From Candidatus Helarchaeota ASGARD archaeon Hel_GB_B (GTDB lineage: Archaea > Asgardarchaeota > Lokiarchaeia > Helarchaeales > HEL-GB-B): a DNA stretch of 6,505 nt. Below the pieces are notes generated by a model. It was not told where the DNA came from, made no database searches, and saw only the letters and a list, made by a program, of their open reading frames with translations. The stretch lies in the NCBI GenBank assembly GCA_005191425.1, contig SUPR01000150.1, positions 1-6,505 on the forward strand, written 5' to 3'. Shown here piece after piece: positions 1-6,317 of the stretch. The stretch's first letter is position 1, and every line of letters starts with the position of its first letter. Both the position numbers and the translations under genes were made by a program.

Positions 1-285
1 AAAAATGGTTTTGAACTTTTTAAATTATATTTATCTACAAATTCAAATGAAATTACTCCATATCAAAAAATTTTTGAATTTAAAGGAATAAAATTATTTA
101 TTACACCTGAACGAGGAATTTCAAGAATATATAATAATTTTAGTAAGACTTGGATGCGAAGAACAAAAACGCTTCTTAATGATAGATTTATTAATGCGAT
201 ATTATCCCAAATAAAATCATGGAGTTGTGCATTGGTGACTTTAGAGGATTATTTAAGACTGAATTGGAATGATGGAGAAAAATAG
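1..285 (+). CDS. 3' end of a hypothetical protein (partial, runs off the left edge)
   Basis: Frame 1 is open from base 1 to TAG at 283-285, giving 94 codons (KNGFELFKLYLSTNSNEITPYQKIFEFKGIKLFITPERGISRIYNNFSKTWMRRTKTLLNDRFINAILSQIKSWSCALVTLEDYLRLNWNDGEK*). That is a long stop-free run for such AT-rich DNA. No motif was recognised. Confidence 0.7.
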   Translation, partial: KNGFELFKLYLSTNSNEITPYQKIFEFKGIKLFITPERGISRIYNNFSKTWMRRTKTLLNDRFINAILSQIKSWSCALVTLEDYLRLNWNDGEK

Positions 286-467
286 GATGATATATTTCAG
301 TAAAAGTCAGTTGTATAGAATAGTTTTTATATTACATATTTTAGAGAAGAGAATTCTGATGAGTTTATCCTATTCTCTAAAAAAATTAAAAGTGAGGAAT
401 ATTTATTCCGATGAAAAATAATCACTTTATTGTGATAATAGATATCATTAAAAGGCAGGCAATAAAG

Positions 468-1670
468 ATGAGTGAAAATCAGTACGAAGTTAAAGCATAT
501 CGATGGGTTATTTTAGGCATGTTTATGATAGTAGGGGCATTAACACAATTATTATGGATAAATTTTGCGCCAATTCGTACAGCGGCATCAGCATATTATG
601 GAGTTGCACCAGAAACAATCGATTTTTTGTCTTTAATTTTTATGATAGTATTTATAGGGCTTACTATTCCATCATCATGGCTTATTGACACCAAAGGTTT
701 TAAAGTGGGAGCAGGAATTGGAGCAATACTAACGGGAGTATTTGGTCTATTACGCATTTTTGCAGGAAATAATTTTGTTTTAGTATTTATATTTCAGACT
801 TGTATTGCTCTTGGTCAGCCATTTATTCTTAACGCCATTTCTAAATTATCTGCCCAGTGGTTTCCTGAAGGAGAACGGGCAATTGCTACTGGACTTGGTA
901 CAATGTCATTGTTTATTGGTATTTTATTAGGGATGTTATTACCTCTAATTCTCTATGGATTTGGTGGAGTTCCAGTTGTGGTCTTAGTAATAGGTATTAT
1001 TTCAGTTGCGGGGATGATACTATTCCTTATTTTTGTCAAGGAAAAACCGGACAAACCACCAGGGCCGGCTGCAATTGAGGAGAAAACATTCGTTTGGGAA
1101 GGTATTAAAAAATTAATCAAAATGCGAGATTTCTGGATTTTAATGATCTTGTTCCTAATTGGAGTGGGGGGTTTTAACGCAATTGCCACTTTTATTGAGC
1201 CACTTGTGGGCACCAGAGGTGATGCAGGAGTAATCGGAGCTTTAATCATAGTTGGCGGGATCTTTGGTGCCTTTGTAATGTCAGCTCTCTCAGATAAATA
1301 TAGAAAAAGAAAAATTTTCATCATAATTTCTGTCGGTGTAGCAATTCCACTCCTAATTTGTATAACATATATCCCATTATATTCTGTATTAATAGTGATT
1401 TCGATCATTTTAGGCTTTTTCTTAATGAGTTCCCTACCAATTGGACTTGAATTTGCTGCAGAACAAACAGCACCTGTACCTGAAGGGACTTCAAACGGGA
1501 TTTTGATGATGATGGGCCAGATCGGCGGGATCGTACTAATTTTAAGCTTTATGGATTTTACATCCACTAACTTTCCTATTGCAATGATGATTATTGTAAT
1601 CTTAACAGCAATTGCATTTGTTATTTGTTTATTCTTAAAAGAACGTCCAATTACGCCTAATAAAGCATAA
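468..1670 (+). CDS. Major facilitator superfamily transporter, FLVCR/SLC49-like
   Basis: About 12 hydrophobic segments in two halves, with MFS loop motifs WLIDTKGFK and LSDKYRKRK. Segments YRWVILGMF..QLLWINF, GQPFILNAISKLSAQWFP and GLEFAAEQTAPVPEGTSNGILMMMGQIGG closely follow the FLVCR/SLC49 pattern as recalled. The ORF track starts at ATG 411, but ATG 468 (MSENQYEV) is preferred because family similarity begins just after it. Confidence 0.93.
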   Translation: MSENQYEVKAYRWVILGMFMIVGALTQLLWINFAPIRTAASAYYGVAPETIDFLSLIFMIVFIGLTIPSSWLIDTKGFKVGAGIGAILTGVFGLLRIFAGNNFVLVFIFQTCIALGQPFILNAISKLSAQWFPEGERAIATGLGTMSLFIGILLGMLLPLILYGFGGVPVVVLVIGIISVAGMILFLIFVKEKPDKPPGPAAIEEKTFVWEGIKKLIKMRDFWILMILFLIGVGGFNAIATFIEPLVGTRGDAGVIGALIIVGGIFGAFVMSALSDKYRKRKIFIIISVGVAIPLLICITYIPLYSVLIVISIILGFFLMSSLPIGLEFAAEQTAPVPEGTSNGILMMMGQIGGIVLILSFMDFTSTNFPIAMMIIVILTAIAFVICLFLKERPITPNKA

Positions 1671-1679
1671 AATTTTAAA

Positions 1680-1736
1680 TTTTTTTCTAAATCTTTTTTT
1701 ATTAAACAAGATATTTTTTAATTTAGATGAAAAAAA
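1680..1736. terminator. Putative bidirectional oligo-T (archaeal-type) terminator region between convergent genes
   Basis: T7 runs at 1680-1686 and 1694-1700 lie just after the MFS stop, and an A7 run at 1730-1736 is T7 on the minus strand downstream of the methyltransferase. The AT-rich background makes this weak evidence. Confidence 0.35.
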
Positions 1737-1828
1737 TAATATTTTCTCTTTAAAAAACAGTATGAACCAATATTTTTGAGAAAGGCACTCCGAATTAAAA
1801 TCTATAGTCAAATTAAATTATTTTGAAT

Positions 1829-2521
1829 CTATGCCTTTTGTAATACTATTTTATAAAAGATTTTGAAATTTTCAATATAACTTCGCTTAAAATGACTCTG
1901 CTGGATAATTTTATTGATTTTTTGGGTATTATAAAATGAATCACGAGAATTATAAAGGTTAAAAATTGATACAACTAATCGTCTATATTTGTCATAAACA
2001 GGAAAGAACTGCTGAGGAGGGATTGGTTTATAAACATCAAAAATCCAAGCTTCATGACCATCTTTTAAAACGCGATAAATTTCATTAAAAGCTTTAACAG
2101 GATTTTTCCAGTAGTGTAAAGAGCTAGTACTAATTACAAAATCAAAAAATTTATTGGGAAAGTTAAGGTTATATACCTTCCCTTTTTTCAATTTGATAAA
2201 TTCAGTAAGTTTTGCTTTACTTACATTTTGTTTAGCTATTAAGACCATACTTAACGATGCATCTACACAAATAATTTTGCAATTTGGATTAGATTTAGCA
2301 ATATAAATAGGTAGATATGCCGGGCCTGAGCCTACATCTAATATAGTACCATTAATTTGTTTAATTTCATTTGATTTAGCTATCATTTTTAAGTATTTAG
2401 TATAATAATCAGATTTTTTAATTATATAACTATAAATAATAGTTGCTAGAAAAGAAGTTCCCTCAGGAGCAATATTTTTAAGAGTTTGTTTGACAAATTT
2501 TTGAATTTTTCGATTTAACAA
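1829..2521 (-). CDS. Class I SAM-dependent methyltransferase (UbiE/Methyltransf_11-like), substrate unknown
   Basis: Motif I ILDVGSG, motif II IICVDAS..M, then GKVYNLNFPNKFFDFVISTSSLHYW and AFNEIYRVLKDG..AWIFD, which is the canonical Rossmann methyltransferase motif order. TTG start with GTGGA 5 nt upstream. Confidence 0.9.
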   Translation of the reverse strand: MLNRKIQKFVKQTLKNIAPEGTSFLATIIYSYIIKKSDYYTKYLKMIAKSNEIKQINGTILDVGSGPAYLPIYIAKSNPNCKIICVDASLSMVLIAKQNVSKAKLTEFIKLKKGKVYNLNFPNKFFDFVISTSSLHYWKNPVKAFNEIYRVLKDGHEAWIFDVYKPIPPQQFFPVYDKYRRLVVSIFNLYNSRDSFYNTQKINKIIQQSHFKRSYIENFKIFYKIVLQKA

Positions 2522-2617
2522 TTAATTCCACTTTATTAACATTGTTGATTAATCTAAAAAATTTCTATTTTTATAAATATTACTTAAAGATGAACTATGG
2601 ATAAATTTATTATAAAT

Positions 2618-2636
2618 GAGGGTCTCGTGAAATTAA
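2618..2636 (+). repeat. Left terminal inverted repeat GAGGGTCTCGTGAAATTAA
   Basis: Exact reverse complement of 4460-4478. Confidence 0.95.
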
Positions 2637-3195
2637 AATAACAAGATTATTTCTTCGATAAAAAGTTTTTGCCTATCTAATTACTTTAAAATTTTACGCA
2701 AGACAATATTTTTTATTTTACTCTAATATCAGAAAACTATTCTACTTATCTCTATTTTAATGTATATGAATGCCAGATTGTGGGCTATACTTTTTGTTAT
2801 ACAGGTTGGTCGGTCTATGTTTGGTGCGGGAGGTTTATAAGGGCCATTATTTTATAATATAGTCATAGATTGGCAAGGTTTGGGGTGGGGGGGATGTTTG
2901 TAATTATAGAGAAAGGAAGATGCTGGGTATAGATGCAGATTGATGATTATTTCGGAAAATTTAAAGTAAAATTCATTGATTTACACAATAAACGTGGGAG
3001 AGATCAATTTACCCAAATTTTTGTCCGAAAGATCCGTACGGTGAAAATAAGAGAAAAAAAGAGGGGGCTAGGGCCGGTTAGAAAGAGTTAGAAGGTTTTG
3101 GACGGAAAGTCACGAAAAAAAAGTGAGTATCTGCTTCAAGCCCATTTAAATTACCGTATCGAACAAAAATTCTAGTGATCCAGCCGGGAGAATTT

Positions 3196-4286
3196 ATGAC
3201 AAGAAAGCTGGCATGGGTAGAAATTGAAGCACTTAGAAACTTCGAGAGTTCAAATGGCTATCTCAAAGACCTCTTTTTATTGAATGATTTTCGATTTTTG
3301 AGTATTCTCAAATTAACGCACATGCAATAAGAAATATTTGGCAGTTTCTATATTGGAGATATCGTGAAACTGGAGATTGAACGCTACAAGTTAGGGCGGG
3401 TAAAATTTAATCAATGGGTACATGAACTTGAATCGAACTATAATTTACTTTCCGCATACGATCTGGAAAATGAGCGGGTGCCCGATGCCCGCAACTATGG
3501 ACGACTTATGACTGCTATTGGGTCAGTCAATTTACGGGGATTTTACGGCTTACTAGTAAAGCAATTCGAGCGATACGGGCTGGTGGGTTACCAGGTAGGC
3601 GTTTGGGATGGCAGTTACTTTATGAGTAATTGCGGCGAGAGAAAACAATAAAAAATTATGATCTCATCCGGTCATGATTGCGGCATCTGCGTGAAAAGAA
3701 AGTGTAAAGGTACGGGCTATACCGAATCACCAATAATGGACAGGAAATATAGTCGACTATTTATAACAACGTGATAGAAGCATATCGGAACGATAAATAT
3801 GCTTTTAGACAAACATATTGAGGATATATGGCGGCAGGAAACCCACCGTTCACCTGCTTTTTAATGGGTGGCGGAGCGGGTGCATCTTACAAGGATCTCG
3901 AGATGATAGCAGGTCATGGGTTCATCTCCATTCTCAGGTGGAAAAAGTTCTCCAAATCAAATGTGATTAAGACCGGAAAAGAGATTTATTTTTGTACCGA
4001 TTTTGTACCCGCACACGAGTTCCCCCATATGGGCAAGATTTATTCCCTGCAGACAAGTGAAAAGCGTATGTATTCTCCATATAAGGTGGTCTATCAACGG
4101 GCGCACATGCCAAATCGTGGCAAGGAAAATGCCCTCATTTTTATAAGTTTTAATGCCATTACTCAAGGGTTAACTGCACTTACGGCATATAAAACAAGCA
4201 GAATAGACCACATTAAATTGGCTACAGCGTCCCGCGATATTTACATAAATTCGGACGCTGTACTTTCTCCCAACATTTCTTCATAG
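3196..4286 (+). pseudogene. Degenerate DDE transposase (IS4/IS5-like)
   Basis: Frame 1 runs from ATG 3196 (MTRKLAW...) through in-frame TAA 3328-3330 and TAA 3649-3651, and contains the N2-type motif VGVWDGSY (Asp at 3607). The reading switches to frame 3 near 3760 (YNNVIEAYRNDKYAFRQTY), passes an in-frame TGA at 3819-3821 and ends at TAG 4284-4286. FLMGGG occupies the expected second-Asp position, and YSLQTSEKRMYSPYK has Y-x2-R-x3-E-x6-K spacing with R and E replaced. The N-terminus may extend to about 2994 but is broken by stops. Track ORFs 3364-3651 and 3828-4286 are pieces of this gene. Confidence 0.82.
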
Positions 4287-4459
4287 AGAAGACCGACAAT
4301 TTTATCTCCTGAACTATGGTAGTCGACTAAATTCCCAATGATTGAAGAATATTCTAACAGTTGCCACTCTTCTTTTGTTTCTCGTGTATTTTTCTATGAG
4401 AAAATTTAAATGAAAAAACAAAAGTTTTTAAATTTTGTCGAGATCAATACCTTCTTAGA

Positions 4460-4478
4460 TTAATTTCACGAGACCCTC
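4460..4478 (-). repeat. Right terminal inverted repeat (TTAATTTCACGAGACCCTC on the + strand)
   Basis: Exact reverse complement of 2618-2636. Confidence 0.95.
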
Positions 4479-4483
4479 TTGGG

Positions 4484-4491
4484 AAAAAAAA
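4484..4491 (-). terminator. Possible oligo-T terminator (T8 on the minus strand) of the 4551-5693 gene
   Basis: An A8 run on the + strand about 60 nt past the stop codon of the minus-strand gene and just outside the IS. Weak evidence. Confidence 0.3.
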
Positions 4492-4550
4492 GAATATAAA
4501 GAATTAGTTCTATTTAAAAAGTATCATGAAAATACCAGTACGATTATTAA

Positions 4551-5693
4551 TCATTTAAAAAATTTAGTATTAAGTCCCCATCCTTTCGAAATTATATTGT
4601 TTTTATCAATTTTTGCGTCTGGAGGAGTTTCATGAGTAACATCTAATAATACGCCTTTTAGTGCATCTTCAGAACTTTCTATACCCAAATCTTCAATTTT
4701 TATTTTGGTACCCTTATCAAAATCCCAGCCTTTTTCGACATCAAGGTTTACCCGCGTATTCATATTAACTACCGGGAGGTTAAGTCCTTCTATTTCTAGT
4801 TGATGTCTTATCCCAATCTCAAAAACTTCAACAAAGTTGTCTTTCATCCATTGTAATGGAGTTGGATGAATCCCCTTAATAATCATTTGGTGAGAATTAA
4901 AAAGTCCAGCTGCTCTGGCAATATATTGAGGTCTTTGCATCATAAACATCGTGTTAAGTGATGGTGGATAAGGATAAAACCTACAATAATCATCTTTAAG
5001 TTTATATCTTCTTTTTGCATTAACACCATCCCAGAATAGACCGTGTGTTTGAAATCCTGTGCATTCAAGAACTATATTGATAGCGCAACTAATCCAAGAT
5101 TCAGCAGTCAGATAGGTTGAATTTGACCATTGCGGAGTTCGCTCATTCCTTATATCTCGCATTATTTCAATTACAGAAGCACCGCATTTTTCTAAAGTTT
5201 TAGTTTTCTTAGGAATATCTCTTAATTTATAACCTAATTTCATATGTCGCCTTTCTAAAAGTTCGTCATCTCGTTCTACGATAAAAAAATCTACGGGGAT
5301 TCCATCTTCTAAATGAGAATTCACAATAAATGAAATTTCTTTAGAATCATCATCAATTAAAATAAATGAGACATCAACACTCTCGCCATAAAGGAGCTTC
5401 ATAGTGCCGACCATTAGATCCGCCCTTGATGGTACAATCGAGGGGTGCAACATATAACATAAAGTTTTTTCAGGCTCTTTTAATTCTCCAGAAACAGTTT
5501 TTTTACTAACTTCAATTCCTTCTTTCATGCGGATACTCAATAAAGAATTTACAGCGTCATTTAATTTCTCCATACCTTTATTGTAATAATCCCATCCAAC
5601 TTCTTTAAATATTCGATAAAGATGTGGTGTTAAACCCAAGAATTGTTTTGTGTGTACTTTATCCGGAATATCACCAATTGTATATTGAGGCAT
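4551..5693 (-). CDS. Hypothetical protein, about 380 aa, predicted soluble, unknown function
   Basis: Long intact ORF with protein-like composition and no signal peptide or transmembrane stretch. No catalytic motif was recognised. The start is ATG 5693 (MPQYTIGDIPDK) or TTG 5705 as in the track. Confidence 0.88.
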   Translation of the reverse strand: MPQYTIGDIPDKVHTKQFLGLTPHLYRIFKEVGWDYYNKGMEKLNDAVNSLLSIRMKEGIEVSKKTVSGELKEPEKTLCYMLHPSIVPSRADLMVGTMKLLYGESVDVSFILIDDDSKEISFIVNSHLEDGIPVDFFIVERDDELLERRHMKLGYKLRDIPKKTKTLEKCGASVIEIMRDIRNERTPQWSNSTYLTAESWISCAINIVLECTGFQTHGLFWDGVNAKRRYKLKDDYCRFYPYPPSLNTMFMMQRPQYIARAAGLFNSHQMIIKGIHPTPLQWMKDNFVEVFEIGIRHQLEIEGLNLPVVNMNTRVNLDVEKGWDFDKGTKIKIEDLGIESSEDALKGVLLDVTHETPPDAKIDKNNIISKGWGLNTKFFK

Positions 5694-5738
5694 CTTCACA
5701 TTCAACTCAAAAAGATTTAGTTTTAAATATTATAAAAT

Positions 5739-5763
5739 TTATATTAATCTGTTATATTAATCT
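5739..5763. repeat. Tandem direct repeat TTATATTAATCT x2 (period 13) upstream of the 4551-5693 gene
   Basis: Identical 12-mers at 5739-5750 and 5752-5763, separated by one G. Any regulatory role is only inferred. Confidence 0.55.
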
Positions 5764-5796
5764 TACCTATATTGTGATAAAATTTTAAGATATTAT

Positions 5797-5952
5797 CTAA
5801 GTTTGATAGTTCCTAACAATATCTATTTTTAAACTTTTTGATATTTTTTGTTGTACTGTCGTCATTTTAGATTTTTTTTCCACTTTCTCCTTATTTATTA
5901 TTATCGATACTATCTTTATTTCCTCTAATTCATTAAGTACCTTATTAAACAA
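5797..5952 (-). CDS. Possible small ORF or gene remnant, 51 aa
   Basis: A 54-codon stop-free stretch runs from 5961 to TAG 5799-5797. From TTG 5952 it reads LFNKVLNELEEIKIVSIIINKEKVEKKSKMTTVQQKISKSLKIDIVRNYQT. It may be a chance ORF on a purine-rich strand. Confidence 0.22.
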   Translation of the reverse strand: MFNKVLNELEEIKIVSIIINKEKVEKKSKMTTVQQKISKSLKIDIVRNYQT

Positions 5953-6031
5953 CAGTTTTATTCATTGATTTTTTTAATCTATATTTGAGAGTAAGCTGAT
6001 AAATTTTTGTTAATAAGTTATTTAAATTTTT

Positions 6032-6309
6032 TTAAGTTTGTGCTACAATTACCGGGCATTTTAATTGATTTTCCAGATATAATTGCGTAGTATTTTTTGA
6101 TCTCAGTCCATATCTATTTCTAACCACCTTTTTTATTTTTCTCATTGAATATTCTGGACTTGACCTTATTTTTTGATGAATTATCTCTTTATTTTTTCCG
6201 GAAATTATAAGCCAGAAATTGAATATTTCTTTTGCATCTTTTTCAATGTTTTAACTGCTGTCTTCAATTCATCTTCAGCGTCACCCCACAACTTGACCCC
6301 TAATATCAT
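6032..6309 (-). pseudogene. Frameshifted gene for a small ubiquitin-like (beta-grasp) protein with an N-terminal helical extension (pseudogene, sequencing error or programmed frameshift)
   Basis: ATG 6309 lies 1 nt after AGGAGGA. The zero frame reads MILGVKLWGDAEDELKTAVKTLKKMQKKYSISGL* (stop 6207-6205). The -1 frame is open from 6250 to 6032 (NIEKDAKEIFNFWLIISGKNKEIIHQKIRSSPEYSMRKIKKVVRNRYGLRSKNTTQLYLENQLKCPVIVAQT*) and has no start of its own near its 5' end. PEYSMRKIKKVVRNRYGL aligns without gaps to ubiquitin 19-36 (PSDTIENVKAKIQDKEGI). Confidence 0.62.
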
Positions 6310-6310
6310 G

Positions 6311-6317
6311 TCCTCCT
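6311..6317 (-). promoter_or_regulatory. Shine-Dalgarno sequence AGGAGGA for the 6309 ATG
   Basis: The minus strand reads TAA-AGGAGGA-C-ATG, so the SD sits between the upstream stop (6320-6318) and the start at 6309. It is closer to the ATG than a typical SD spacer. Confidence 0.65.

Larger units (their letters stand above)
2618..4478 (+). mobile_element. Insertion sequence, 1,861 bp, IS4/IS5-type DDE superfamily, non-autonomous (transposase decayed)
   Basis: Bounded by perfect 19-bp terminal inverted repeats that extend to 25/28 matches. It encloses DDE transposase fragments and is visibly more GC-rich than its flanks. No flanking direct repeat was seen. Confidence 0.88.

Noticed and set aside
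339-382. Inverted repeat TTTTAGAGAA / TTCTCTAAAA with a 24-nt spacer between gene 1 and the MFS gene
   Set aside because: The arms are real but AT-rich with a long loop, so it cannot be distinguished from chance or assigned as a terminator or operator.
411-467. N-terminal 19 aa of the MFS ORF from ATG 411
   Set aside because: It shows no family resemblance and overlaps an AT-rich promoter-like sequence. ATG 468 is the more plausible start, though this is not proven.
503-688. 61-aa + strand ORF in the track
   Set aside because: Out-of-frame shadow inside the MFS gene, with no independent support.
953-1567. 204-aa minus-strand ORF in the track
   Set aside because: Antisense shadow of the hydrophobic MFS gene. 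Its Ile/Lys/Pro/Thr-rich composition is what the reverse complement of such codons gives.
2760-2840. 26-aa hydrophobic mini-ORF MYMNARLWAILFVIQVGRSMFGAGGL inside the IS
   Set aside because: Too short, with no SD or antitoxin-like structure to support a type I toxin call. It is probably a by-product of the G/T skew.
3990-4009. TTTTGTACC repeated at 3990 and 4001
   Set aside because: Only two short copies inside coding sequence, not an array.
3957-4166. 69-aa minus-strand ORF in the track
   Set aside because: Antisense to the transposase pseudogene, with no recognisable motif.
2591-4319. 10-mer TGAACTATGG at 2591-2600 and 4310-4319 as a possible target-site duplication
   Set aside because: Neither copy abuts an IR and one lies inside the element, so it is consistent with chance.
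4401-4436. AAAATTTAAA / TTTAAATTTT inverted repeat near the right IS end
   Set aside because: A/T-only and low complexity, so it is expected by chance here.
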